Notes under the pieces: model-generated
Told to the model about the DNA's origin: nothing
Database searches by the model: none
Seen by the model: the letters and a program-made list of their open reading frames with translations, nothing else
Assembly (NCBI GenBank): GCA_050230475.1
Contig: JBFLGF010000120.1
Span: 1-64,000 of the forward strand
Origin: Ancylonema sp.
Taxonomy: Eukaryota
DNA length: 64,000 bases
Direction of reading: 5' to 3'
Program-made: the position numbers and the translations under genes
Shown here: positions 14,546 to 27,903 of the stretch, one piece after another
How positions within the stretch are numbered: the stretch's first letter is position 1
How the letters are laid out: each line of letters begins with the position of its first letter

Positions 14546-15646
14546 ATATTTTTAACGACGGTATTTATTGCTCTGAAAATAATGATTGCCTATTTTATTG
14601 ATCGCAATATACAATTCAGCTCAAATCTGGCTCTCTGTCCTCGCTGAACGTCGAATTTGGGGTCTTAAACAGTTTGTAATACGGAATGGATAGAAAGGAC
14701 CGGCAATAAAATTCGGAGTCGTAAGGGAGCGCAAATGCACAATTTTACAGTGGCAGCACAAAAGCGAGTGTAAGGTTGAAGTGCTTTCTTGAGAATCGTG
14801 AGGGTCAGCAGCCGGGAATTGGGGGAAAAAACGCTGGATAATCCGGGACCACCGCTTGGCTGGACAATATTGACTAACGTGCGGTGGGGGCGGTGACTTA
14901 TCATACACGTTTTCTTCCGTGACATACTTCACCTCCTCTCTTGCTGCTATGCTCTCCTGTCACCTCCCACTTTTCTTTTCCTGACTGACAAATTCTGAAG
15001 TGCGGTAGGAACATCATGCATGTCATCACTACTTGCCCGTCGGTTGCCAGAATGTCGTCTTCTGCCACCTGGTCGTCTTGTTTTGATGGTATCCAGTCCC
15101 ATCCATGGCTTTTGTCGTGTTCCTGAACGATCGAAGACGTCTGACTTTGCATTCGCAATTTTTTTCACACGAGTGAAAAAGTTTCGAGTTCTAGTTTCTA
15201 CGACCAACCCGTGTTAACCTTTCAGATCCGTTGCCATGCATATCTGACGGTTCATTACATCCAATGTTGGGCAAAGGAATTCCCGAAAAAAAAAGAAGTG
15301 AAGTTGGCCGATCCGGTTGATATGAAAACCGGATTGGGCGAATGCGCCTTCCCTCCCCGCCCGCTCTCTTTCCACCGACAACTGACAAAGAACGATCTGC
15401 TGTCTCTACTATGGGTACCCAATCCCCCATCAGAAACTTCATGCCCTTCTCAATGCATCCGCGCTGCGTAGCTGGCCTGCCGGTGCTCCACCTCCCGTAG
15501 CTGTCGGGTAAACAGAAGAGACGCGTCTTTCTTATCGGTTCCCCAGGTGTAAGTTCTTTGAATAACTGTAGTTGTCCGTCTTTTTGTCTTGACGACCGCT
15601 CAAAATTGTTCAAATATTTATCGTCGGCCAGAAGGGGGCGATAAAA

Positions 15647-18600
15647 ATGGCGGTGGAGGTCGGGAAGGATGGAGGTCGAGCGTCTCGAAATGCTGCGTTC
15701 TATCCGACAGGATTTTCTCTCTGTTCTCAGCTCCTAGCAGTCGCCATCGCCTTAGCCAACCTCGTCCATCCATGCCGCGCTCAAAATGACGGCAAGTGTC
15801 CAACAGTCGCCATCCTTCTGAGCCCCGTTTACGAAAATCTGAACTGACAGCACATTGTTCTGCGACGAAGCTGTCAAACGCGTTGCATGCGTAGGATAAC
15901 CAAATCATTACAGAATTCACGTTCCCGAAAATGCGCATACACGAAAGCAGTTGATCACGAAACTCGTGTGAATGGTCAGCCAGACTGGCCATCCACTCTA
16001 CAACTACCTCCGCCCCGACCCACATTCCCCTGGTTGGCCGGGGGCGGACCAACCGACATCCATCCGAACACGACCCGGTATCCATGTCCGCTAAAATCCG
16101 CACTTCTTCTGGTCACCCGCCACCTGGCATCTGTTCCCTGTGCCTGCCTGGATCCGCACAGTACCCCAGCTGATCCCAGCCCCTCCTCTTGCCCTCCCGC
16201 AGCCGTCTACCTCTCCTATATCAACACCGCCCTCCCCTCCTTCTACGCGTGGCAAGACCGTACCCGCCCGCCTTGCCAGTGGGAATACGTGACGTGCAAC
16301 CGGGTCGGAAACGTGATCGCAATGTAGGACCACAACCCAGAACCAACCCCACCCAGGATTCCACCACCCACCCCCCCACCCCTTTCTTTTGTTCCCTCCT
16401 TGTCCAGCGACCTCTCCAATCTTGGCCTCAACGGCTACCTCCACGAGGCGGTGGGGAATTTGTACTCCCTCAAAAGATTGTAAGTCGGAACAATTTGGGG
16501 CACTTGAATAGCAGGGGGTGTACCTTTGCAGTACGTACGGAATCTGACCCCCCCTACACAAATGTACGGATGGTGTGTGGTGGGCGCCCTCAGGTTGGTG
16601 GGAGGCAACCAGCTCTCTGGACCCATAGTAAGACAGACATCCCCCATCCGGGGTTGGAAATTGGGGGTTGGGGGTCGTGTTGACCAACAATAAGAGAGGT
16701 TAGTTGTTGTGTTCAACTCCCCCCCTCCCCCATTTCCTCTCCCCCTCCAGCCCGATCTGAGCAGCCTGACCCACCTCCGCGTTCTGAACGGTAGTGGGAA
16801 CGCGTTGAACGGAAGCGTGGATCCGACTCTGGCCACGCTACCTGCAATGCATTGCCTGTAAGGAGACCAACCCTAAGAGGGAATTGCGTCAGGTGGCATG
16901 TGGAGTGACTGCCAGGTGGCATGTGGTGGATGGTCGCAGGGACTTGAGCAACAACCTTTTTTCGGGGAGGCTGGCGAACTTCTCCTCCTTCGCATGCGAA
17001 GAGTAGGGGACCTGAGGATGACACAATCATTCTGATCATACATATTTGCCACATCTCATATTTTCTGCCACATTTAGGCCGACTCTCTGACACATCTCTG
17101 CCGCATTTCTGCCGCCTTTCAGCAGTAGTTCTGCCTCAACATTCCCCATTAAAAAACTATGTTATTATCTCCTGTTTCTTTGATCCTTTTTGTCTTTGAT
17201 TTTTTTTTTTTTTTCGCAGTTTTTGGGGGAACCCTCAGCTGAATTTCACCGGAAATTGCGCGTCAGGTAAGAAGCACCAAGCGGGAAAGGGAAACAGAAG
17301 CAGAGTAGGGTGGGGGAGAGGTGGGTCACAGGGACTGCGAGAGTTAGAGGTTCAGAGATTCTGAGATTCAGATGTTAGAAAAGTTTTGTACCCAGCAGGT
17401 CCACCATTCCCCCCGAGGACATCCCACCTCCTCCCCATCACGGGGTGGGGGGATACCTGAAGGCCTTTGTTTTTTTTGGGGGGGGGGGGGGGGTATGGTA
17501 TCTTTTGAATCCCAACAGACCCCATGTCATTTTACCCTCCATTCCACTCCCCCCCCCCAGGTCCCAAGAATTGTTCCATCGCGGCCGCCCTCGCAATCGC
17601 CCCCCCCCCCCCCCCCCGCCGTCCTCTATGCGGGTGGGGGGTTGGGGGTGGGAGCCATCCTGGGCATTGTGGTGGGTGCCCTGGTCTTCCTCTCCCTCCT
17701 TCTCTGCACTTTCCTCTACTGGAGAAGGAGGAAGGCGGCAGAGAGGGCGAGATATGAGAAGTCGCTGCATGCTATGGACGTGGAAAGTGAGGAGTGGGGG
17801 AGGGGGTAACAGAATGATGGCGTCAAATACAGGACGTCTTTATTCTAACGTCATCAAGTAGTTTTTATCATGAGTTTGGTATTACTGCTATAACCTTTTC
17901 CTCTTTTTTTTTTTTTTTTTTTTTTCCTCCCATTTTTGAATTATTACTAATATTATCAGATTATCGATAGAAGAAAGTTGTGCCGTGTACCACAGAATAC
18001 CATTTTTTTGATCCCTTCCTTTTCCGCCTGTTCCCCCCTCAAAATGCGCTGCGCTGCAATGTACTCTTCGTCCAAACTTTCTCCTCCTTCAAATCCACAC
18101 CTTCTTTCTTTCATCTCATCCATCATATCTATATTCCCTCCCCCCCCCCAGCCGCTCTGTCCCAGAGTCAGTTTGGCAACCTGAAGCGGTTCCCCTTTGA
18201 AGACCTGTCTGCAGCCACGGACGCCTTCTCCCCTAAGAACCTCCTGGGCGAGGGCAGTTTTGCGTTCGTTTACAAGGGGGTGCTGGCAGACGGCCGCACG
18301 GTTGCCATAAAACGAGTGAAGGAGGAGAAGAAGGGGGCGGGGGAGCTGATGTTTATCAACGAAATCGACCTTTACAACCGAGCGGTGCACAAGAACCTGT
18401 TGAGGATTGAGGGGTACTGCTTCCAGAGTGGGGAGAGCTGTCTCGTGTTCCCCTTTATGAAGCACGGATCCGTGGCGTCGAGTTTGCAAGGTACTGGTTC
18501 TCAAGCGCACGTCGATGGATCTGCGCATTCGAAAGGATACATATTTATGGAAACTCGTATTTCGTGGCCTTTTTTTTTTTTTTGGTGGCTTGTCTGCATG

Positions 18601-20508
18601 TGGTTGGATGCATGAGGGGAACTAAACTACATTTAATGATCGTAACGTGTTATTTGTTGTACTTTCTATTTTGTTACTTGTTAGTTGTCAGTTACCCAAG
18701 CGGGCCCCCACATCTTGGTGTCATCATTTAATTTTGAATAATCACTATCAACCGATTGATCTTTACTATTGATCTTTACTATATTTACAATCTCTTTTTT
18801 TTTTCTCTGGTTTGTTGTTGGAATGATTCACTATATATTATTTATCATTTATTATTTATGAATCATTATTATTATTTAATATTTATGGATTACTTTTGCT
18901 ACTAAGTTTTTGTTATTAACTATAGATTATGATGTATTGATTTTCGTGTCATTTTCAAATATTGTTATTTATTGTTCTTACATTTTCTTGTTGCTTATCT
19001 GCTTTCTATTATGTTTTTTTTTTTGTTTATTATCAGTCATCATTCACATTTCTTACTTATTATTCAATGTTAATAACATGTTTTTGATTATTTTATGAGT
19101 CATGAGCCTTCTTCCTCCACGCGGCATTGCTCTGTCAGGCTTGCGCCCGTTGCATAAAATTTCCCACAGCTGCCTAGCATCTGTAGATAATTCTCTTTAT
19201 CATTTATCATTTATCATTTATCATTCATGAGTCATGATTCAACAATCATCATCATCCAATAGTTCTCATCCATCCATCCATCCATCCATCCATCCATCCA
19301 TCCATCCACCTATTCTTCCGTTTTTTTCACTCAATCCTCCTTCAGGGTTGAAACCCGGCGAGTCCACCCTCCCTTGGACCGTCCGCCACACCATCGCAAT
19401 CGGCACGGCAGAAGGTCTTTCCTACATGCACAACGACTGCCACCCCAAACTCATCCACCGCGACATCAAAGCCGCCAACGTGTTGCTCAACGACGTCAAC
19501 GAAGCCGTGATCGGTGACTTTGGTTTGGCGAAACAGATCAACCGCAAGGACACGCACGCGTCCACCGCGGTGAAGGGCACCATGGGACACATTGCTCCGG
19601 GTGAGGAATACGAGGGGGGAGGGGGGGGAGGGTAGGGTAGGGTGGGGTAGGTGAGGGTAGGTTAGGAGAGGGTAGGTGGGGGGGTCGGCATAGTATGGGG
19701 GGGGGGGCGAGGGACGTGACGTTTGTGTTTGTGTGGTTTCTTCCCTTCCACCCTTCCAGAGTATTTCCTCAGTGGTCAGACTTCCGCAAAGACGGACGTG
19801 TGTGCTTACGGCGTCTTTCTTCTCGAGTTGGTGTCGGGGAGAGACGTTTACAAACTGACGCTGGAGGGAATGCCGCTGGATCTCATGCTACGAGACTGGG
19901 TGAGAAATAGGGCGGAAACAGTATAAAGTATGGGATAGGAAATATGAAATATGGGAGATGAATTATGTGAAATATGAAATATGAAATCTGAATTACGGAA
20001 GTATGGAATTCACATAGGAGTCATAAGTTGAAGTATGAAATATATTCCAAAAAGAATTTAAGCAAAGGGGTTAGAAAATTTCGGATGGGGGGTGGTAGAA
20101 TTGGGAGAGAGATGGGGAGACGTATGGATATGCACTCACTCGGAACGAGTACATCGCACCCGTACCCGTGCGCAGGTGTTGAAGTTGATGCAGGAGGAGC
20201 GTTACGGCGACATTGTGGATCCCAATCTCGACACCTCGCAATACTCCCCCTCGGACATCGTGGGCCTACTGAAGGTCGCCGTGCTGTGCATGCAAGGAGG
20301 TGCGGCAGAACGCCCCAACATGGCAGAATGCGCCACCATGCTGCAAGGCACGGGATTGGCAGAGAGGTGGGAGGGGTGGCAGGCGGATGCGGTGGACATA
20401 CGGGTGTCGGATCTGCTGTCGGTTATCAAAAACGACGATATTTGGTCCAGCGGTGACTCGGGGATTAGTTGGGATGCGTTTGAGGTGGAGCTGTTGGGGC
20501 CGAGATAA
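15647..20508 (+). CDS. SERK: SERK/BAK1-like LRR-II receptor-like kinase, 12 exons, one homopolymer frameshift
   Basis: Exons 15647-15791 (GC donor), ~16203-16323, ~16408-16479, 16594-16627, 16751-16857, 16940-17002, 17220-17266, 17561-17786, 18152-18490, 19346-19600, 19760-19899 and 20176-20508. Domain order: signal peptide, N-cap [10 protein letters not shown], 4 LRRs, poly-Pro, TM helix with WRRRK stop-transfer, kinase ([42 protein letters not shown]), and the SERK-type tail [10 protein letters not shown]...ELLGPR. The C18 run at 17600-17617 shifts the frame. Confidence 0.9.
19197..19307. repeat. Intronic simple repeats (TATCATT)n and (ATCC)n
   Basis: About 4 copies of TATCATT at 19197-19226 and about 10 copies of ATCC at 19267-19307, inside a SERK intron. 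Confidence 0.85.
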
Positions 20509-21883
20509 GGAGGAAGGGAGGGTGTGACTGGGTCACAATTTTCTATAACGAAGAGGCAAGCAATGATTGGCCGTGTGGTCGTTTATAACGATGGGGCGTG
20601 AGGCGATCCAAGGGATCGCTCTTGTTTTCTATTTTAATATGGTGGAAGGCCCTCGTGGTAATTTATGTCACTTGGAGTGCCAGTGTAGTATCTTACGTCA
20701 ATTTTTTGAGTGGATTACAAACGAAGTGGATCTCGCTTCGTGTGCTTTTAGTGGTAGTTGACCATTATGTGTAACGCATTATGTGTAATGCTTCATTCCG
20801 TATATATTTCAATAAAAAAAGTCTTTGACACTGCTCAGTATTTTGGGAAATGGTTTTTACACAGCTCGCCATATTCTTCCCATCTGATGTACGTCGTCCA
20901 CAGGTACCCAAACTGGTGTGGACCACATTCGAATCATGAATGGCGGCTATTGGCTGGTGCCGATTGAAAAGTGGGTTAACGTTTTGTGACATTCTAGTTG
21001 TGAACTTCACGTGGCATGACGCGTGTTTGCATTCTGTCTTCTTAGTAATTTATCGCACAAGGGACCCACACATTGTCTAGGGGCTTGGCCGCACGTGTTC
21101 CGCATATCTGCGGGTCCGGACGGAAACTTGAAACACTCCACTAACCCAAAACCAATGGGATAGAATAGAGGACACGGAATATTTTTGTCCGCTCAAAACG
21201 TGAATGCTAGCTATTTTCACGAGGGTGAAGATTGTCTTGAGAACCATAGCTTGCCTATGTGGTGTGACATCCTGGTCATACGGCTCAAAGCATCGCCAAC
21301 TCGCTTAAAAAGGATAGTAGGTGAAATAGTTTGAATCTCCAATTCGGAACGAGGCGCCTGTATTGACATTGACGGCATTTCCCGCTCTTGTGTCTCGTCA
21401 TCAAATGCACATCGATTTCCCATGTAGGAATCGTGAGAGTAGCCACTCACAATAAACAAAGGTATGTGAACTTGAGCATGTTACTTAACACTCGTCTTGG
21501 GCCCATCGACATTCAACCCTTCCCTATGTGAGGCAAGATACCAACCAAAAGGACCAACTAGGTAGTACTGCAAAACCTTTCATCAATAATACGATAGTGG
21601 TGGTGCCAGAGTGGCACGCCTTCAACTCCAATTATTGTCCGTATCCACATACCATTTCGAGAGGTACATCTCCACCTTTATCGCCAACAACAAAAAATTA
21701 TAATTTCTACCAGGAGCTTTTGAGTATGAGGCATAATGGGAGGGAAGTTGGAGAAGGGAGGTCTAATGACGAGCTTTCTTGGCTTTTCTACAGAACGAGT
21801 GAACGAAAGAGTAGTTGCACCCTTGTTAGAGTACGAGCTCAAAATCGGATCGCTTCTTTTTTGAAGCTTCGAGTTGCTTTTGT

Positions 21884-23612
21884 TTAAAGCTTGGATGGTT
21901 TGGGGAAGATGTCGGGAGTGAACTTTTGAGCAGCCCGCATGCTGCCCTTGATCCGCATTGTGCCCCTGCAAACAGAATTCGACGAAATGTTACCCTCACG
22001 CACCCTTGACAAGAATTTTGGTGAGAATGGTACGCTGCTAGGGCACACACATTCAAAACGATAACCAATAATCGATAACTGATAACCGATAGCCAATAAT
22101 CGATAACTGATAACCGATAACCGATATCCAATAATCGATAACCGATCATTTCGATACGGAATCGTTAGCTCTTGGTTAGACAATCCTTCCTACAGGCACA
22201 CATTGGCACTTCTTTATTTTTTCACTCTCTCCCTCTCTCTCTCTCACTCGCTCTTTTTCGTTTTTTTTGTTTTTTTTTTAATGTGCCCTTACAGAGGTAC
22301 AATCATTAGGATATGAGAATACCATTTGTCGAACTGGTGCCCTCGGAAAGGTGTGCCTAGTCAAAAGGTGAGTATGTAGAAGCAATGAAAATCGTGATGT
22401 GTTATCAAAGAGGGACATACGTGGCAGGCGCAGCCCCCAACCTCCCAACCCAACCTCCCAACCCAACCTCATGTCTGCGTGTTCAGATATGTTCATTAGA
22501 TCATCACCCCATTCTGATAAAGATTCATGCCTTGATGAAGGTATTCTGTCCCTTCAACTACATTTATGCATGCTCACTTCTAAACTTCCAGTGATAATTG
22601 CTAAATTTCGGGTACTTATACCGGTATATGTAATTGTATTTGTATTCCATATGTACTATGCACATGATACACCAACTACTGTGATACACTCGTCCTCTCC
22701 TGTGTCGACCAGTGGGTTGACCTGATGAAGGCCATCTGTGGGTTCATCTTCCCGCTGGCAACGGACACAAAATCCCCATCGACGAATGAGAAGGTGGCAT
22801 CTGGCTTCTCCTCCGGCGCCCCTGCAACCGACAACCGACAACCGACAGGGAATGTGTGTCCGCCAATAAGGGAGCAGCAAACCACTTAGAAACAAAGGAC
22901 ACATAAATTTTGCGATGGCATGGACATCACCACTCCCCCGAACCAAACCTGCCTTCGACCCCATCACATTGTCTTCCCCATTAATCCGTTTTTGTCAGAC
23001 TTGATTTCTGCCAGACATGATTTCTGCCCCCCCTTGTACCTTTCGCGACTTTTCTGTTCTTCAGGTCAACCACGAAGATCTCTTCATTGAAACCCATTTT
23101 CTGCGCAGACACGTGGCAAACAGAAGGATGAACTTCTGGATGCGTTCCTTCAAAGAGTTCAGAGAAATATCTGCTACATTTTCTGTTTCATGTTGCTCAT
23201 TTCAAGCAATTCCGACACAATGTGCGATAGATATATTCTAAGGGATGCTCCAATGGAAACGAGTACATAAAAAGTATTGCCGAAAAATCGGGCGACTACA
23301 TCATAGCACAGCTGCTTCCAAAGAGATGGACCTGTAAAAATCCTACGGCAGTTTTCGTACATGACGTGTATGTGATCCCCTTGAAATTTAATAAATAAAT
23401 AACCTAGAAGAGTCAGCTGAAGGAGAGCAGCGACTGATGCGCCAGCAAGTTTTCGAATCCATTCCCACCTGCGGCGCGATATTAATTTGGTAAACAAAAG
23501 GCACTTTTGTCTTCAGCTCCTCTCCTGCTTCACTTGCCAGGTGGCCTTTCATCTGTTCGAGGAGGGCGGCTGATTTAAGGCTGGAGCCGCTGGCCACGTC
23601 ACCGTCGACCAT
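21884..23612 (-). CDS. SCP2: Peroxisomal sterol carrier protein 2, 128 aa, 4 exons
   Basis: Exons 23612-23469, 23100-23040, 22821-22722 and 21965-21884 total 387 nt. The product reads LKSAALLEQMKGHLASEAG...VYQINIAPQKMGFNEEIFVVDLK...DATFSFVDGDFVSVASGKMNPQMAFIRGTMRIKGSMRAAQKFTPDIFPKPSKL*, with a C-terminal PTS1 (SKL). Confidence 0.96.
22059..22147. repeat. 7-bp tandem repeat (CGATAAC-like, ~12 copies) in SCP2 intron 3
   Basis: cgataac caataat cgataac tgataac cgatagc caataat cgataac tgataac ... Confidence 0.85.
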
Positions 23613-24210
23613 ATCGACAAACGAGGGGAACTAATATACTCTGGCCTTGTAGCGCAATCCGAAGCACGCTGACAGAAAATTGATGGCCCAGGCCTGACCA
23701 CAAGGTAATGATACTAGCGAAGGTGGCTGAAGCAGCCCCTGGTACTCATACTAGAATGCCGTCACTGGCGTCAAGTGCATTCTGGGTGGAGGCTAGCCAC
23801 GTGGCAGTTGGGCGAAGGCCATCACGCGGCCGACCGGGAGTGGTCAATACGTCTGGGAAACGGCTGGGGAGTGGTCAGCCCGTCTGCATCAAAGTCGGTT
23901 GGCAATTTTTGACGTCGGAAAAAGCTGTCGATGACTCACCGGTCTTGGTCACACGTACGATGAGGTACAATTTTTGAAGGATTCGGCGAGCTCAACCAAC
24001 ACGTGAGCCCGCCTGCCACCGTCCCGCCCCAGCTATGCGAGTTGGGCGGTGCAAAACGGTTGGGCTGGATCGGAAGATCGGTGGATGGATGGATCGGAAG
24101 TACGTCAGTGTTGACGAAAATCCCAACACTCTCAAAACAAAATATTGACGTAAAAAATATTCGAGAAGGGCCAACGGGAAAAAAAAAAAAAAACTCGTGA
24201 TTGGGAACCG

Positions 24211-24290
24211 GTAGGGATCGGTAGGGATCGGTAGGGATCGGTATGGATCAGTAGGGATTAATAGGGATCGGTAGGGATCGGTAGGGAATC
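24211..24290. repeat. 10-bp tandem repeat GTAGGGATCG x8
   Basis: Eight 10-nt units, some degenerate, ~600 bp upstream of the SCP2 start. Possibly subterminal repeats of a decayed transposon. Confidence 0.85.
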
Positions 24291-25886
24291 GAATAATTTC
24301 ATGTTTTTCTTCGGTTTCCTAAAATCGTAAAACGTAAACCTAACGTAAAAATGTACGGATATGACAGATTCCGTACATTATTGATCAACACGTCGACGAG
24401 ACCGGACATAAATATTTATTATCATGTTCGAGAGGTTTGTCAATATTTCCACTCGCCAAAGGTCGGGACCGTTAAAAAAAGCAATTGAGACACGTTGTTA
24501 ATGAAGACAGTAGTAAGTAAGAAAGATTTTATTGTATATACGTGTTGTAATTTGTCAGCTTAACTCATTGATGCATTGTCCGTTCTCAAATATGTTAGGC
24601 TATACATACATCGCATCGTGAGAGGCACCAAATGATGTAAGGATAGTATCGCGTCTCTTCCACGGGTTATATAGTTTGGTTTCACATATTCATTGAAAAT
24701 TTAGATATAAACATCACACGAAGCTAAGATGCACACTAAGGATGCACACTCGTCTACTTTGTGTGATAGATCTGTTAACTTTTGTGTTTTTGGTTGCGAC
24801 TCATACCTTTGATTTCACGTTGGTAAAAAAAACTTTACCGTTTCCTATCACTCCCTACCGTCACCCTTCCCATTATCATACCGCCTTCTGTCGCCCTACA
24901 CTCTACCGATGCCCAACCGGACTTGGGGGAGGGGTTAGATACCGGGTAGCAACCCCCTACCGCGGGGCGCCAACCCTAGTCAACATGGAAGATTGGGTTG
25001 GGTTGCAAATTATGATAGAATTGAAATCCATTTACCACCACATGCTGTATGTAAACATATTGACATCAACACACGTGCACTGCGTGTGAACACACGTAAT
25101 GTGTCATACAAACATGAAAATGTTGTTAATTATGTTGAATCGTCCATTGGGTACCAATCCAAACTCGACTCGCGAGATTTGCTCAACCGCCTCAAGTGAA
25201 TTCAAAACAATGACACTCGACACGTGGTCAATGTAACGACATGAATGAATTAGTTTGAGAGGTACAAAATGACCCACTTATAGTCGCCTAGAAAACATCA
25301 CACCCTATTGGCCGGCTCGCCGAATAACGGTCGGCCCACATCTTACGCTAACTACGTCCGGCCCGCATGTCATGCCAACTATTGCCGGCCCGTACAAGTA
25401 GGCCACACATTGCCGGATTCGTACACACAACACTACTATTGAGTCAAGCCACACAAACCACCCGCAATACCCCGATACAACGTCACCAACTCGCTATAGG
25501 CCCACTATTATTCCTAAAGCCACCAAAGGGCCCTAAATGCATACTTAGGCATTAAGTGTTTTCCCAACAAATTATTGATGTGTATCTGAAAATTTGTTAA
25601 TTGTCCACATACTGGTTTTTCTTGGGTTACGTTTGTAACTATCCAAATCATTCAACTTTGAATTTCTTCCTCATTAAAACTTCGTTAATATTTCCTACCA
25701 AAATCTTAGTTGAACGAATCCATACTGTTTCCAAACCGGATCTAAGAAACCGGTTCCACAAAGTGGCCTACGGTTCAGAATCGAAGAAACTACTTCTGTT
25801 TTCCATCAGTGTTTTGGTGCAACGTTCGACTTCAAATACAAAAGGTAAATAAAAAACGATTGTACTCCTGGGTTTCGACCGGGATA

Positions 25887-26444
25887 CAGTGGAGTCTTGA
25901 TATAGTGACGCACTGTACAGTGACAATCGCGATATAGTGACATTTTTTTTGCCCTTTTTCTAATCCAATATAAAAACCTACTATATATAGTGACAATCGC
26001 TAAAGTGACACACGTTGTAGTGACCAAAAAATCCCAGATTTTTGTATTGCGATGTCACTATTCGGTGAAACCTATCTAAATTTATACAGTGAAAATTAAT
26101 AACCTGTCTATTTTCATGCATAATATTCCGCCCGAATTGTTTTTAGCCAAAAGGTGACGCGTAAATTAATCATTAGTCTAATATCATTTTATTTAATGGT
26201 TCCAACATTAGTCATGTAGACAGGTTTTACTAGAGCGAGAGGATGTTATAACGAAAGCCGTTTAGATGAGCCACCTCTGTTACAAATATCGACTTGAATT
26301 TCACTTTCTCTCGATATAGTGACGTTTGCCTATTGTCGCCCTATCAAATGTCACTATACAGTGTATAGTGACAGCCCTAGCGTTCAATATAGTGACATTA
26401 AATCCCCATGTCTATAAAATTGTCACTATATCGAGACTGCACTG
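25887..26444. mobile_element. Tc1/mariner (pogo-like) MITE family A, copy 1, 558 bp
   Basis: 23-bp TIR CAGTGGAGTCTTGATATAGTGAC / GTCACTATATCGAGACTGCACTG (2 mismatches), TA on both flanks, internal TATAGTGAC repeats. A second copy lies at 46546-48182. Confidence 0.9.
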
Positions 26445-27903
26445 TAATGTGTTTGTATCAGATATGTTGAACTTCTAAGAAAATCATACTCTCCAATTTC
26501 TACTACTTTACATACTAGTTCTCCTCAGGATTTAATGAGATGATATTTCCATGATCCAAGCGTGTCATGCCATTTGCAATAATCACGTACCAATTATCAT
26601 TCCTTCATTTCCATAACTCAAACACTTCAATACAAATGCTTCTATTCAAATGATTCTACATCTATGCTCCTAAAGCTTCCACTCCTGATGTCCTAATGAG
26701 CTTTTGGCAGATAAAATGTACCAAGTTATGGAATGTTGCGAGCAAGCAAATTGTAACATGAGACCTTTGCACCATCTTTTCACGAAAAATAATATTTGGA
26801 CATAGTTGAACAATGCGTTTGTTCATATTGACGAGTGTACAAAGCATTTGTGACAAGCGGCGGCAATTGATATACAATCACATATCATACATACTAGCAT
26901 ACATTCCGCCCCCGTAATTTTCGTGGAAACAAACTCTTCCGAGGTCGAGAGGAAAAGCCCCAAAATGACCGCCGGTATCTGTTCGCCTGGTACCAAACAG
27001 GTTCTATCTCGGAAGTGGTTCCAAAGAAAACGGCCGGTGCCTGCAACTATGACCACAACCATTCTGGTACCACCCCGCCAAACGCAAGTGCCCAACTGCA
27101 TCAACCAATGTCTTCATGCTTAAAGATCTTTACCAATTTCTATCGCCCTACCAATTCCAACTTGTTGGTGCCAGTCCGCATACGCAATATTTCGATTTTG
27201 GTGGTATTTCAATAGTCCACTAGGTAGGGGAGGTAGGGTGATCGAGTGTTCAGCCGGATTTTTCACACCCTTCTTTATCGCCAATGCCTTCTCCCACCAA
27301 TTTTAGTCCACGCTTGTTTGCCAACTTATGCAACTTCATATACATTGACTTCCGTGGGGAAACGGTTGACATCTTATCAACACATGCTCCATATTTTACG
27401 AGACTCTCCAAAAAAATCGTTCAAATGCCGAATTTCAGTTGAACACATATTTAACCACAAAAAGTTATTCCATAGCCACAAAAGTGTGTATTACAGAATG
27501 GACCTCCATGTCTGCCACAAACTGTTTGCCCCAACAACCAGCCACCCCTCTGAAACGCCACGCTACGCGACCCTGACCAAGCAAAAGGGAGGAGGGAGGG
27601 GAAATAATAGACATCAATTCTCACTATCTCAGGAGTTTCTATTTATGAATCTCAACCCCTTCATGTATATGAGTTGTGGATACTTCTCACTCACTCTTGG
27701 CATCCTACAGTTGCAACCAGAATATGAAAGTTGTTAACAACAAAAAAAAGTCGAAGGCCATCAAATCGGTTGTCACACACACATACGGCTAGTGTATATT
27801 TCCCTCAATTCCTGCTTTCACACCAGAAAGCTTTCTATCGGCCTCTCCTTCCCACATCCATGGATCATCAAACCATGAGCTCTCCTTCCCTCTCGTCAAC
27901 AAC

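Noticed and set aside
2980..23612. Lipase plus SCP2 as a lipid metabolic gene cluster
   Set aside because: Different compartments (secreted versus peroxisomal), separated by unrelated genes, and no evidence of co-regulation.
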